This document shows, piece after piece, positions 46,618-57,135 of a stretch of DNA of 64,000 nt. The notes beneath the pieces were generated by a model. It was not told the origin of the DNA. It ran no database searches and was given only the letters and a program-made list of their open reading frames with translations. A program made the translations under genes and the position numbers. The DNA is taken from positions 1,885 through 65,884 of the IMG/VR virus record IMGVR_UViG_3300009169_000021; one strand, given 5' to 3'. Position 1 is the stretch's first letter; each line of letters begins with the position of its first letter. The DNA is from a virus (lineage: Duplodnaviria > Caudoviricetes).

Positions 46618-48477
46618 CTATCTATTTAGTAGTTTATTTAATTTTACTTCTAAATCATTTAATTTAGTTTTTAATTCTATATTTTCTAATTCCAGTAATT
46701 CTATTTTTTCAAGTAACTCTATACCAAGACCTAATGCAATACCATCTACTGTATATAGACCGTCTTTTTCTGATGTGAGTTTAAAAGTATTTTGTATATC
46801 TTCTGCAATAGGTCCAATAAATTCTGAAAATCCCTTATAATTAGCATCTTCCCATATATATTTATATACATTCAAAGGGGTAGATTTTAAAATTTCTATT
46901 ATAGAAATTTTTTCTTTGTATTTTAAAAATGTTGATGAGGTGGAATTATAACCAGTATTTCCTCCAACAGAAACCCCAACAGATGTATATCCATATACAC
47001 CATTTATCCCTGTACCATATACTCCATAATTTCCTCCTATACCATATACTCCATAACCAGTGTTACCCTGCCCTCTTACACCTATATAACCACCTAATCC
47101 TTCTACACCTACATTTGAATTAGATACTCCATAAATACCCGTATTAGTACCAGTACCATAAATACCTGTAGGTCCATTACCCTGTATTCCATAAGTTAGT
47201 CCAGATCCATATACTCCTGTAACGCCTGTTCCAGATACTCCTGTTAGTCCATTACCAGAAACACCCGTTCCATATCCAGTACCTGTTCCATATACTCCAA
47301 TATTGCCACTGTTTCCTTGTATTCCATAACCGGTGTTAGATACACCACTAACACCACTAGCATTATCAGATTCCCCATAAATTCCTACTGTATTTGTACT
47401 ACCATAACCTATACCCACTATAGCGGGAGTATATACTCCTGAATTACAATAATTTATTATTTGACCATAAGGTCCCCTTACGGATACAGTATTTGTACTT
47501 GTTACTTGAGTTCCATATATAGTTTGATATGCATGAAAAGTATCTAATGTATCAGAATTAGTTGCTGTAGCAGCATTACCAGAACAGGCATATGCATTAT
47601 TTGCATTTGTTGCTAAAGTTGCTGTAGTAGCAGTATTTGAATTTCCGGAACAAGCATATGCATTAGAGGAATTTGTTGCTAAAGTTGCTGTGGCAGCATT
47701 ACCCGTACAAGCTGCTGAAGAACCTGAAGTGGTAGAGTAATTTACACTTACGGCTGTTCTTGAAGCTAGATAAGCTGTTCCAGTAGAATCAGCGCTCCAA
47801 AAATATGTAGGTGAATTTGAAGAATTAGAAAAATTAAATTTTTGTCCATTTGCAAATTCTGAATTTAGATTAGTGTTTACAGTACTATTAGAAATAGGTA
47901 TTTGTCCAGTAGAATTTCCAGTAGTATAACCATCTAATAGATCAGCATTTAAATTAGTAATTTTCGTAATTGATGATACTATAAATGGTGCTGTTCCAGT
48001 AGTTGCATTAAAAGTAGTAGTAGAAGCTAAAGTTTTATTTGATAATGTTTGTGTTGCATTATTTATAGTAATATCAGTTGCTGCATTTGTTCCTAATGCA
48101 TGTTTACCATCTACCATATCAGCATCAAATCCAAAACTAGAACCTTGTCTAATACCATGTACTGTATTTACACTTGTTATATTACTATTTGTATGAGTAG
48201 TTAAAGCTAAATTTGCAGTAACACTATAACTAGCATCATTATTTAATGCTGAAGCAATTTTTGCTAATGTATCAAGTGTTGCTGGTACTCCTGTAACTAG
48301 TGCCGTATGTTTAGCTTGTAAATCATCTGTTTCATATTTTTCATAATTTAAATCTTCATATATACGCAAATATTCATTTTCAAATATAGAACCTAAAGCT
48401 GGTGTTCCCGTTGCTATATCGGAACCATCTTTATATGTTGTTAATTTAACTCCATTATATGTATAAGGATTAGTCAT
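46618..48477 (-). CDS. tail fibre/spike with C-terminal intramolecular chaperone (peptidase S74-like)
   Basis: P.TLDTL..IA.ALNND, DAD.LDG, GNAATAT repeats, GVYG/GIYG repeats, S...K...Y.Y...IG.IAED plus terminal coiled coil. Confidence 0.8.
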   Translation of the reverse strand: MTNPYTYNGVKLTTYKDGSDIATGTPALGSIFENEYLRIYEDLNYEKYETDDLQAKHTALVTGVPATLDTLAKIASALNNDASYSVTANLALTTHTNSNITSVNTVHGIRQGSSFGFDADMVDGKHALGTNAATDITINNATQTLSNKTLASTTTFNATTGTAPFIVSSITKITNLNADLLDGYTTGNSTGQIPISNSTVNTNLNSEFANGQKFNFSNSSNSPTYFWSADSTGTAYLASRTAVSVNYSTTSGSSAACTGNAATATLATNSSNAYACSGNSNTATTATLATNANNAYACSGNAATATNSDTLDTFHAYQTIYGTQVTSTNTVSVRGPYGQIINYCNSGVYTPAIVGIGYGSTNTVGIYGESDNASGVSGVSNTGYGIQGNSGNIGVYGTGTGYGTGVSGNGLTGVSGTGVTGVYGSGLTYGIQGNGPTGIYGTGTNTGIYGVSNSNVGVEGLGGYIGVRGQGNTGYGVYGIGGNYGVYGTGINGVYGYTSVGVSVGGNTGYNSTSSTFLKYKEKISIIEILKSTPLNVYKYIWEDANYKGFSEFIGPIAEDIQNTFKLTSEKDGLYTVDGIALGLGIELLEKIELLELENIELKTKLNDLEVKLNKLLNR

Positions 48478-48494
48478 CTATATTACCTCTTTCA

Positions 48495-49748
48495 TTATTG
48501 TAAACCACTTAACCACCAAGTACCATCCAAGAATTTACGTCCATTTAATGTTTGTAAATTACCACCAATCATAATAAAATCTAATTTTAAATTTCCATAC
48601 ATTTTAGAATCCCATTGTACTTTAGGAAATTCTGCATATAATACTATAGCACCTAAAGTATCAAATATAGCTAATTCTGTAAAAGACTCGAGTTTTTGTA
48701 ATTCATCTATAAGAAATCTAAATTTAAAATTATCATAATCTTCAATTATTTTATTAGTATCATTTATATAGTCCCATTCAAAAACATTATTACCTGCTAT
48801 ATCGGTAATAGTTCCATCTACTACTGTATGTCTTCCATCACCAAATCTAATTGTTTCCCAAGAGTTAAAAATATTTTTAAATGCTATACTTTTTTGAGTA
48901 AACGTAGACACTCCTAAATAATCAGTCCATACTCTTTCAACAACAGATAAATCTGAATAAAATTCAAATGTTAAAAAGGGTTCATAATAAACTCTTTCAG
49001 TAATTCTTTTATTTTGATTTATATCATTACTTAATGCTTTAAGAGTATTTAAACTTAAAAATTCATCATCATTTTCTACAAATTTATGCTCATAATTATA
49101 TATAATATTTCTAGTAGTACTATATAATAATAAAGGTCTATCTAAACCTAAAAATTCAATAGTATCTAATGTTGAAGGCGTTAATCCTAAAGGAGCACCC
49201 GTAGAAACTATATAAGTATTATCTGTTTTAAGGGGTGTAGCTTCATCAGTTTTACTTCCCGAGTCTGATTTAGTTATTTGTATTTTATACAGATTACCTG
49301 TATTATTAGCTCTTAGATCTTCCCTATCAAGATAGGTTGTTCCATAGTAGGTAAGATTTGTTGTTGTTTCATTTACATCCAATTTATCTAATGAATTATC
49401 ATAATATACAGAATATGCATTTGATATTAAGTTAAAAGGAACCCCTATTATAATATAAGATGAGGGATCATTTTTATTTTTTAATTTTGTGATTAGAGTT
49501 TTTAATTCTTTCACTAAATAATCATATTCACTTGTATATCCTGTTAAAGATTTTAAACTATACCCAAACATAATAGCTAAATCTTTAATATCTTGCTCAG
49601 TTATATTTTCTATATCATACTGAGAAAATATAGGACTGATCTTATCTGTTTTTAAATCTGTATAAATTGATTGCCAAACTTCTGTTAATTCTCCCCAACG
49701 AGTATCTTTCATTATTGAGGGTATAAAATTTTTAAAAGAGAAATTCAT
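48495..49748 (-). CDS. baseplate wedge subunit (gp7/P2 gpI-like)
   Basis: Follows the gp6-like gene; FIP, L..LA..FGY, TELA.FD..G..V.YA.FP. Confidence 0.55.
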   Translation of the reverse strand: MNFSFKNFIPSIMKDTRWGELTEVWQSIYTDLKTDKISPIFSQYDIENITEQDIKDLAIMFGYSLKSLTGYTSEYDYLVKELKTLITKLKNKNDPSSYIIIGVPFNLISNAYSVYYDNSLDKLDVNETTTNLTYYGTTYLDREDLRANNTGNLYKIQITKSDSGSKTDEATPLKTDNTYIVSTGAPLGLTPSTLDTIEFLGLDRPLLLYSTTRNIIYNYEHKFVENDDEFLSLNTLKALSNDINQNKRITERVYYEPFLTFEFYSDLSVVERVWTDYLGVSTFTQKSIAFKNIFNSWETIRFGDGRHTVVDGTITDIAGNNVFEWDYINDTNKIIEDYDNFKFRFLIDELQKLESFTELAIFDTLGAIVLYAEFPKVQWDSKMYGNLKLDFIMIGGNLQTLNGRKFLDGTWWLSGLQ

Positions 49749-49759
49749 TTATTACACTC

Positions 49760-51604
49760 CTATAAATAAGATAAACTAGTTGTAACAAAGTCTGTATCGA
49801 TGTCACTAATTTGGTAGAAGTAAGGTAATCTTAAACTATTTAATTGTCCTGCTGGAGTATTTCCATCTTTCATTTTATAACATATATAAAGAATATACCC
49901 TAATGGATCTGCATCTCCTGGATTCTGTACTCCATAAATTGTTTGTGTTATATCAGCTACAATTTCATTTATAGAGTATGCATATGTATTATATGTATAA
50001 TCAAGTACATCTCCAGAAAAAGTAAAAGTTGTAACTGGATCAATAGATGTTCCATTAGCTTGTCCAATCTGGACAGGGGCACTCCATACATTTGCTATTT
50101 TTCTTTTTATCCATATTTCAAAACTATCTGTTTGCATATAACTTTGTGTATCTGGATCAGAAATACTTTGATCAAAAATTGTATAACTTGCAAAAAGAGT
50201 TGTAGTAGGCATTACTGGTTCCTTATTTTTTTCCATATAAAATATTTCAGTTTCATGATAGGCTAAATCTGTAATTGAATTTATAACTGAATAAAAATTT
50301 GATTCATATATATTACTTTGAAATGTTGTATTAAGAACTCCATAAGCATTAGTAAGTGTTGTTTTAATATTAGCATCATTAACAGCAATTGTATTATTTA
50401 TTATCTTTGCTACAACATTAAATCGAGCATATATTTTTTCAAGAGTAGAAAATTGTACAACTTCCGTTATACTTTTTTTAGGGTATAAATAATTAAGTTT
50501 TAAGTCATCTTCTTGAGTAGTGGTTAAGTCTGTTCCAGTATTTGATATAGCAACAATAGTTACTATATTTTGATCACTACCACTTATTGTTCCTCCTAAT
50601 TCTTCTATAGACCATACAACTGAATTAACTACATAAGGAGCTGAGTTAATAGCTGCAATCCAATTTTCTCTTGAAGAAAGTAATTGTCCTATTTGAAATA
50701 AGTTATTAGCATTATTTCTTATAGACTCTATATCTTCTGCTTCAGAACCACCGAGTATGCCTTCACTATTTTTAACATAAAAAGTTCCTACATCACCATT
50801 TTCATCATATAGAATACTTTCAACAGTATTGATAATATTAAGAGAGGTAATATTTCCACTATAACCATTTGTTTCAGCATATTTAATAAGAACCCGTTCT
50901 CCTGCAATAAGTTTTCTTGAATTTATTCCATCACCAAATATAATGGATATATATTCTTCATTTGATGATGTACTAATTTCACAATTATACGTAATTGTAT
51001 CATTTATAAAATATAATTTATCAACTATAACTACATCACTAATTACTGTTTCAGTACTATCAACTATAAATAATTCAATTTCATAATTATCTATTATACT
51101 AGAATATATGTAAATAGTTTCATTTAATGCTCCTGTAGCTATATATAAAAATTCTTTTGGTATTCCTTCTCGAACTAATATATCTAAATTTCCAATTGTA
51201 CCTGTATAGTAATGTGTATCATATCTATTATAAACATTAACTGTTTTATCCGTATTTGTAAATTTAGTCCATTTAGGAATAAATATTTCTAATCCTGTAT
51301 AAGTATATCCAGCTCCCATAGCAGAATCAGCACTAAATAAAATAGTACCAATTGCTCCTACTTTTCTATAAGGAGTATAATTTAATAATTTAGACATAGT
51401 AAGCATAGATTTTTTAGAAGTTGCTGCAATCCATTTACTTTCATTATACAAATAATCCGCTAAATATACAAGTTTACTAGCTGTATAAGCTAGTAAATCA
51501 GTTATTCTTGAATACACACCAAAGTATAAAGTTGTATTCCAACTTGACATTAGAGATAATCTTGTCTCCACTTCAGTCTTGATACCTGCATACGTATATA
51601 TCAT
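49760..51604 (-). CDS. baseplate wedge protein (T4 gp6/P2 gpJ-like)
   Basis: DLLAY...NE..I.AA...SM...S..LNY.P, FGDG, Y..T.G..GN, GG...E.IESIR..A. Confidence 0.85.
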   Translation of the reverse strand: MIYTYAGIKTEVETRLSLMSSWNTTLYFGVYSRITDLLAYTASKLVYLADYLYNESKWIAATSKKSMLTMSKLLNYTPYRKVGAIGTILFSADSAMGAGYTYTGLEIFIPKWTKFTNTDKTVNVYNRYDTHYYTGTIGNLDILVREGIPKEFLYIATGALNETIYIYSSIIDNYEIELFIVDSTETVISDVVIVDKLYFINDTITYNCEISTSSNEEYISIIFGDGINSRKLIAGERVLIKYAETNGYSGNITSLNIINTVESILYDENGDVGTFYVKNSEGILGGSEAEDIESIRNNANNLFQIGQLLSSRENWIAAINSAPYVVNSVVWSIEELGGTISGSDQNIVTIVAISNTGTDLTTTQEDDLKLNYLYPKKSITEVVQFSTLEKIYARFNVVAKIINNTIAVNDANIKTTLTNAYGVLNTTFQSNIYESNFYSVINSITDLAYHETEIFYMEKNKEPVMPTTTLFASYTIFDQSISDPDTQSYMQTDSFEIWIKRKIANVWSAPVQIGQANGTSIDPVTTFTFSGDVLDYTYNTYAYSINEIVADITQTIYGVQNPGDADPLGYILYICYKMKDGNTPAGQLNSLRLPYFYQISDIDTDFVTTSLSYL

Positions 51605-51613
51605 ATAATACCT

Positions 51614-52198
51614 CTAACTTCCATTCGCTATCATTAAAATTTCATCAAACTTTGGATCTGCTGGTGTAAGATTTGGAAATTTATATTTTCCAAATTTATA
51701 AAAATTTGCATCATGATCAAATATTAGTTTACTACTTATCATATCAGGTTTTTTAATTGTAAAAAATTCAAGTAGATTATCACTAACATAATCTACACTT
51801 TCATATTCAAAATTATTTGTAGAATAATTTGAATTAGTAAATAATGTTATATTATCTTTTATCCCTGTAGAAATTATAGTGTAATTTAAATCTATTTCTA
51901 ATAATCTATTATTAACATCAGGAATGAAATCTATAGAATTAACTTGTAAAGCAGGTGAGAAATCTTTATTTAATGCATTCATCAATTGAAATTTTAATTG
52001 TAACATTACTTGAGGACTCATGGTTTTAAAAACCATATTATCTAATGCTCCTCCTCCCGAAGGATTCATTAAATATTCCCCTTTTTTCATCCCTAACCAA
52101 AGTTGAAGAGCATTCTTTACAGCTTCAGAAGCAAAGTATTCAATTGCTTGACCTGATCCCTCTTCTGCTCCCCAAATATCTATATCCTGTATTACCAT
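51614..52198 (-). CDS. baseplate wedge gp25-like protein
   Basis: AVKNAL..WL...KGE....P..GG.L....F, I...Y.I. Confidence 0.78.
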   Translation of the reverse strand: MVIQDIDIWGAEEGSGQAIEYFASEAVKNALQLWLGMKKGEYLMNPSGGGALDNMVFKTMSPQVMLQLKFQLMNALNKDFSPALQVNSIDFIPDVNNRLLEIDLNYTIISTGIKDNITLFTNSNYSTNNFEYESVDYVSDNLLEFFTIKKPDMISSKLIFDHDANFYKFGKYKFPNLTPADPKFDEILMIANGS

Positions 52199-52228
52199 TT
52201 TAAGCTTACCTTTTTAGTTAATTATATT

Positions 52229-52235
52229 ATTAGTA
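52229..52235 (-). promoter_or_regulatory. putative late promoter TACTAAT
   Basis: Upstream of the gp25/gp6/fibre genes. Confidence 0.6.
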
Positions 52236-52254
52236 AAAATAATATTTTTTAAAA

Positions 52255-52944
52255 TTAAACAATAGCTCCAGGAACAGCTAGAAAATAAGGTGGTGTTGCT
52301 AGAGTTCCTACACAAGTAACTATAATAGTTTTTGTAGCTGTATCTAATGCAGTTGAAATTTGAGTTGCTTTTTGATCTATTGTAGCAGTTGGAGAAAGAT
52401 CATCAAATATAGCTTTTAAATCTATAGCTAATTGTCCTTTAATTATATTAGTAGTAACTCCTGCGATTAGTTCTGGTGCAATTGTTCCTGCTGGAGGAGT
52501 AACAAGTTTAAAAGTTGCTGCTAACCAAAAAGCAATTAAAGCATTTTCAAATTTAGCTGAAGAAGAAATAGATGTTTCATTTCCATTTAAAACATCTAAA
52601 ACAGGATTAGTTATTTCTTCCCAATTAGCTATATTAGATGTAGGTAAAGCAGTTAATTTATAACATTTATAATTATCTCCTCTAGCAGCAACACTATCTA
52701 CAGGACAAGTTAATTGTAACATAGATAATAATGAATAAGCATAATATATATTTTTTTCAGATGGTAACATATTACTTTTAAAAGTTAATAAAGGGGTATC
52801 TCCAGAAATATCAGTTGCAGCTAAAGCATAAGTTTCATAAGCATTACAAAATACTTCCATAGAATCATAATTAGATAGATAAGTAGAAGCATTAGTTAAC
52901 CATGTTACTAAACTAGCTTTTAATGTAGCAACAACTAAAGCCAT
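52255..52944 (-). CDS. baseplate-region virion protein
   Basis: Coupled to the spike gene; A/T-rich; MAL..A.LK..L start. Confidence 0.5.
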   Translation of the reverse strand: MALVVATLKASLVTWLTNASTYLSNYDSMEVFCNAYETYALAATDISGDTPLLTFKSNMLPSEKNIYYAYSLLSMLQLTCPVDSVAARGDNYKCYKLTALPTSNIANWEEITNPVLDVLNGNETSISSSAKFENALIAFWLAATFKLVTPPAGTIAPELIAGVTTNIIKGQLAIDLKAIFDDLSPTATIDQKATQISTALDTATKTIIVTCVGTLATPPYFLAVPGAIV

Positions 52945-53570
52945 CAGTTATGCTTTATTGTAGTTGATAAACAAGTTGTTAAAGTAGCAGCTTGTACTGG
53001 AGGACCACTAGGACCAGTTCCTGTAGGATGTGTATGATTTTCTAACCAAGTTTTTAAAGTTTCTCCTAATAATGTAAATTGTGTTGCAACAGCTCCCGCT
53101 TTAAATTCTATTATACCTAAATTATTTATATATATATATGCACTAGGATGATATAAAAATATTTCCGGATTTCCTGAACTACTATCTACTCCTATACATA
53201 TACCATTTGCATAATAAGTATATTTTGTATTAGGATAAACAGAGGCAGATCCAGTTCCTAAATTAGGTGCAATATCTGTTGTAAATAATCCATGTGGATG
53301 TTTTCCTGCAAATTGAACATCTCCCATATAATAAGGGGTTTTCATAAATACATCTACATCTTCAAACCATACCCATACATATGAATCTATTTCAGGTATA
53401 GAAGAAACTCCATGAGTAGCATCTCCTCCTGTAGATAAAGAACCTTGTCTTGCCCAAGGAAGCATGGGGGTAGTAAAGCCATAATGAAGATGTTCGATTT
53501 TAATTTGAACTCTTCCTTGTTGCCTTGTATCAATATTATTTATAACTTTTGCTGGATAAAATCCTTTCAT
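52944..53570 (-). CDS. central spike (gp5 OB-fold / gpV-like)
   Basis: V..N.D....GRVQ, LPWA, IPE..S.VWV.FE..D...P; C-terminal HTH metal-binding tip and GPSGPP. Confidence 0.85.
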   Translation of the reverse strand: MKGFYPAKVINNIDTRQQGRVQIKIEHLHYGFTTPMLPWARQGSLSTGGDATHGVSSIPEIDSYVWVWFEDVDVFMKTPYYMGDVQFAGKHPHGLFTTDIAPNLGTGSASVYPNTKYTYYANGICIGVDSSSGNPEIFLYHPSAYIYINNLGIIEFKAGAVATQFTLLGETLKTWLENHTHPTGTGPSGPPVQAATLTTCLSTTIKHN

Positions 53571-53582
53571 TAAAATAAACTC

Positions 53583-53885
53583 CTATGTTCTATTTGCTAA
53601 AATAAATTTCTTAACGTCCTCTAGTTTTGGTATATATATTTCTGATTCTGGAACCATTTCAAATGGATCTTCAACATTATTTAACAATAGAATAATATCT
53701 TCGTACTCTAAATCTCCATAATATGCTGCTGCTATTAGATATGGTTTTTGCATTTCTTTTTTAGTTACTTTATGAATATAGTAACCATTAGTCCATTCAA
53801 ATTTTCTCCAATCAATAGATGTAGAATCTCTTATTACATCTCCATCTGGACTTGTATATAATATTGTTTGTACTTTTTCTCTCAT
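53583..53885 (-). CDS. LysM-like baseplate protein (gp53/P2 gpX-like)
   Basis: P.LIA..YYG......ILL.N...DPF......I.IP. Confidence 0.75.
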   Translation of the reverse strand: MREKVQTILYTSPDGDVIRDSTSIDWRKFEWTNGYYIHKVTKKEMQKPYLIAAAYYGDLEYEDIILLLNNVEDPFEMVPESEIYIPKLEDVKKFILANRT

Positions 53886-54616
53886 GTTAATACCCCATTA
53901 TTAAGAATAGCATTATCGTTCACTATTCCAAATACAGAACTATATGACATTAAATTTCCATCTTCAAAATTTTGAATGGACGCTGGAGTTAAACTTACTA
54001 TCTGTAAAGATGCTGTAGCCCATAAGGGTAATCCCTTTGAAGTTTTAAATTTTGAATATGTTGGAGTAATAGCATAAATAAATGCTAAGGGTAAATAAAC
54101 TATTCCAGGAATAAGTACTGATATATTTTTTGTTTGTGCACTAGATACATCTTTTGTAGTTGCTTTTTTAGGAATAGATATTCCCACACTTTTATTTTTA
54201 TCAGTTTTTGTAAGAGTTTCTTTTACATCTTTAATATTTTTAGCATTAAATCCAGGAATTTTTAATACTCCCATAGTATCTATAGATAGAACATGTAAAC
54301 CTAATAGTATATTCATTTTATCTACAACATCTTTTTTTGAATCTGTTTCTGTATAAAAATGAAGATCAATAGTTATTTTTACTGGGTTAGTTTTAGTCCA
54401 TCTTGGAGCATCTAATATACTTCGTGCTAGTACCGCTGTTTGTGAAGTACTGTTAGTACCTGCTCCTGTAGCAGTTAATAAAGTAACTATAGAATCTGCT
54501 GTAGGTACAAGATCTCCTATAGACTGAAATTCGCTAACAGCTTCTATTGCTATATCATCCATAATAGGAGCAGTAACTATTGCACCATCTTCTAATTGTA
54601 TAACTATCGTATTCAT
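53882..54616 (-). CDS. putative tail tube initiator (gp48/gp54-like)
   Basis: W..T.P..ITI.L.F and G.P.WA...L; lies between tape measure and LysM genes. Confidence 0.5.
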   Translation of the reverse strand: MNTIVIQLEDGAIVTAPIMDDIAIEAVSEFQSIGDLVPTADSIVTLLTATGAGTNSTSQTAVLARSILDAPRWTKTNPVKITIDLHFYTETDSKKDVVDKMNILLGLHVLSIDTMGVLKIPGFNAKNIKDVKETLTKTDKNKSVGISIPKKATTKDVSSAQTKNISVLIPGIVYLPLAFIYAITPTYSKFKTSKGLPLWATASLQIVSLTPASIQNFEDGNLMSYSSVFGIVNDNAILNNGVLT

Positions 54617-54628
54617 AAAATATCCTTT

Positions 54629-56872
54629 TTATTTTTGAGGATCTATATTATTTTTATAAGATTCTGAAGCTGCATTATTTAATTCAAATGACTTTAATCT
54701 ATCAGGAGCGCTTCTAAATGCTTCTGCAACTTTACCTGAGCTTTTACCTTCTTGTACTTTTGAAATATTTTCTGCATACCATCTTTTAAAACTATGAGCA
54801 TCATTACCTTCTTTTTTCTTATATGTGATATACTCTTCAGCTAACATTTTATCTTCTGTAGAAATTTGAGCTGCTTCTTTTTCTGTTACTTTTGCCCTAG
54901 CTTCTGAATCAGCTAATCTAGTAAGTATATCGCCTTTATCGGTTCTTAAAGCTTTATCAGTTTCTTCTATTACTCTTTTTTCTTTATCCCCCATTGAAAA
55001 CCATTTCCAACCATAATCAATGATATTACCAAGATAATCTAATATACCATAAAAAGCTGATTTAACTTTATCAAAAACACTACTTAAAGTATCACCTATA
55101 CTCCCTATAAAATTACCTAATTTAGATAAAAGAGGAGCAACTGCATCTATAACTGGACCAGTAATTTTTTTAAGTCCATCGAATATATTTCTAAAAGGTT
55201 CTAGCATAGAAGTTAACATACCTTTTAATAATCCAACAAACCATAATGTTAATTTTTTTAAATTTTTAGAAACATTTCTAATAGCTGAAAATATTCTATC
55301 TGGAATACTTATAATGAATTTAAGCATTGCTTTTATTCCATTCCATAGAGCACTATACACTTTTTCATTTAATTCCATAATAAAATTAGTAATACCTGAA
55401 ATAGTGTTTACTATATAAGAAGATATTGAACCAAAAAAGTTTTTAATTCCCTTTCCTATATTTAATAGACCATTCCAAATAGAATTAAAGAAAGGATCAA
55501 ACATACTGAAGAAATTTTTAATTCCTGTTCCTATATTAGAAAATCCACTTATAATAAAACCGAAAAAATTTGTTATGATTCCATATATATTCTTACTTTT
55601 ATCAATAATCCATTTAACTTTATCTAATATAGAATTAAGTATTGAATCAAAGAAAGAAACAATACCTTTATATATATTAGAAAATCCTTCTTTAATTCCT
55701 ATCCATATTTTTTTAAATACTTCTGCAAATCCATTAGATTTAAAAAATTTAAATGCTTTAGCTATTCCATATATTAAAGATATAAACATTGTAATAGGAA
55801 ACGCTATTAAAGATATAGCACTGACTAATATTTTTCCCATAGTACTTAAATTTTTAAATCGTTCTACAAGATTATCAAAAAAGTCTGATACTTTTTCAGC
55901 ATATATCCAAAGTAACACCAATGATGCAACTATAGCTATAAATGGGAGTGCAGCTAAAAGAAGAGGTGCTGCTGCTGTAAGTAGGCTAGAAACAAATCCC
56001 CATAAAGAAACAAGAAACGACCACATTGCTGGAAGTAATGTTTTAATTACAAATTTACTTAGAATACCACCTAATTTTAAAATTCCAGAATTCAATTTTC
56101 CAAGATATCCTACCATTGTTTTTAACATAGGGCCAAATATTTTTAATTTTGCTAATATAGGTCCAATTTTACCAAGAGCTGAAATGACTTTTAAAATATA
56201 AGGTCCAATTTTAAACCATATAAATCCTATAGCTATTAACATAGGTAATATTTTAGCAAGCATATCACCAAATTTTAATAATGTTTTATTTTCTATTCCA
56301 AGAGTTTTAAATATAGTTCTAAAAATTCCTTTTAATATTTCTGGAATAGTTACCCATAATAAATTAAAAAAGAATTTAAGCAAAGCAGGTATAGCTTTTA
56401 TAATTGCTGTTATAGCTCCTCCCACTACACTCAATAACCAGGGGAGGACCATTTGTAATAATCCCATTCGTAATAATATTATAAATCCTAATAATTGAGT
56501 AAGAAAATTAACAGAAGCAAGAGATTTTAAAAATCCAGCTGCTTTCTCAAACCATTTACCTTTTACTATTTTATACCATCGTTTATCTGTTTCTTCTTTT
56601 TTCTTTTTTTCATCTGGTTTTGGAGCTAGTTTTGCAGCAACAGCAGAATCATCTACTGTCTTTTCAAATAGATCTTCTAATATTTGTATCATTCTTACTA
56701 GTCGTAATGATAAGGCTGTTTGTAGATCAAGAATAGCTTTAGGAACAGTTCCTGTAGAAGCAAAGAATTTAGATAGAAAAGGAGAATATACTTTATCTAC
56801 CATATTCATTTGTTTTTTTATTTCTTTAGATTCTCCTGTTCTTGTATCAGGAAATACCATTGCAGTATCCAT
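54629..56872 (-). CDS. tape measure protein
   Basis: 747-aa helical protein with hydrophobic segments and periodic W/F repeats; follows the chaperones in the tail operon. Confidence 0.82.
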   Translation of the reverse strand: MDTAMVFPDTRTGESKEIKKQMNMVDKVYSPFLSKFFASTGTVPKAILDLQTALSLRLVRMIQILEDLFEKTVDDSAVAAKLAPKPDEKKKKEETDKRWYKIVKGKWFEKAAGFLKSLASVNFLTQLLGFIILLRMGLLQMVLPWLLSVVGGAITAIIKAIPALLKFFFNLLWVTIPEILKGIFRTIFKTLGIENKTLLKFGDMLAKILPMLIAIGFIWFKIGPYILKVISALGKIGPILAKLKIFGPMLKTMVGYLGKLNSGILKLGGILSKFVIKTLLPAMWSFLVSLWGFVSSLLTAAAPLLLAALPFIAIVASLVLLWIYAEKVSDFFDNLVERFKNLSTMGKILVSAISLIAFPITMFISLIYGIAKAFKFFKSNGFAEVFKKIWIGIKEGFSNIYKGIVSFFDSILNSILDKVKWIIDKSKNIYGIITNFFGFIISGFSNIGTGIKNFFSMFDPFFNSIWNGLLNIGKGIKNFFGSISSYIVNTISGITNFIMELNEKVYSALWNGIKAMLKFIISIPDRIFSAIRNVSKNLKKLTLWFVGLLKGMLTSMLEPFRNIFDGLKKITGPVIDAVAPLLSKLGNFIGSIGDTLSSVFDKVKSAFYGILDYLGNIIDYGWKWFSMGDKEKRVIEETDKALRTDKGDILTRLADSEARAKVTEKEAAQISTEDKMLAEEYITYKKKEGNDAHSFKRWYAENISKVQEGKSSGKVAEAFRSAPDRLKSFELNNAASESYKNNIDPQK

Positions 56873-56892
56873 TAACTACCCCCATTATATAT

Positions 56893-56931
56893 ATTAGTAA
56901 AAAGAAAACCTGAATTTAATTTTCAGGTTTT
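56893..56931 (-). terminator. terminator followed by late motif for the tape measure gene
   Basis: AAAACCTGAA/TTCAGGTTTT stem; TACTAAT at 56899-56893. Confidence 0.6.
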
Positions 56932-56937
56932 TTAATT

Positions 56938-57135
56938 TTATCTTTTTGAAGACGGAGCTTTATTTTTTGCCATCTCATCTTTCATATGTTTTTGTTTTTC
57001 TTTTTGATACTTTTCAAATTGATTTAATCTTTTTTTAGCAACCCATCTTTCCATTCTAAGAACTTCTTCTTCAGAATATCCTAATTTATATACCAAAATA
57101 AATATTAAATCCTGTACGCTGTCCAGATTCTCCAT
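56938..57135 (-). CDS. tail assembly chaperone, C-terminal part (GT/gp51-like)
   Basis: F.L...LGYSEEE...M..W..K..L; overlaps the upstream chaperone in the +1 frame. Confidence 0.6.
   Translation of the reverse strand: MENLDSVQDLIFILVYKLGYSEEEVLRMERWVAKKRLNQFEKYQKEKQKHMKDEMAKNKAPSSKR

Noticed and set aside
43216-48477. Diversity-generating retroelement or invertible fibre cassette
   Set aside because: No reverse transcriptase, invertase or template/variable repeat pair was seen in the window; the fibre's internal repeats are ordinary coding repeats.
41928-51604. The ORF track marks seven long baseplate/fibre ORFs as '+', which could suggest an inverted segment
   Set aside because: Their listed N-termini (MGILS, MSTIT, MSDPT, MAII, MTNPY, MNFSF, MIYTY) read from the high coordinate on the reverse complement, co-directional with the rest of the tail operon. 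This is a labelling error, not an inversion.
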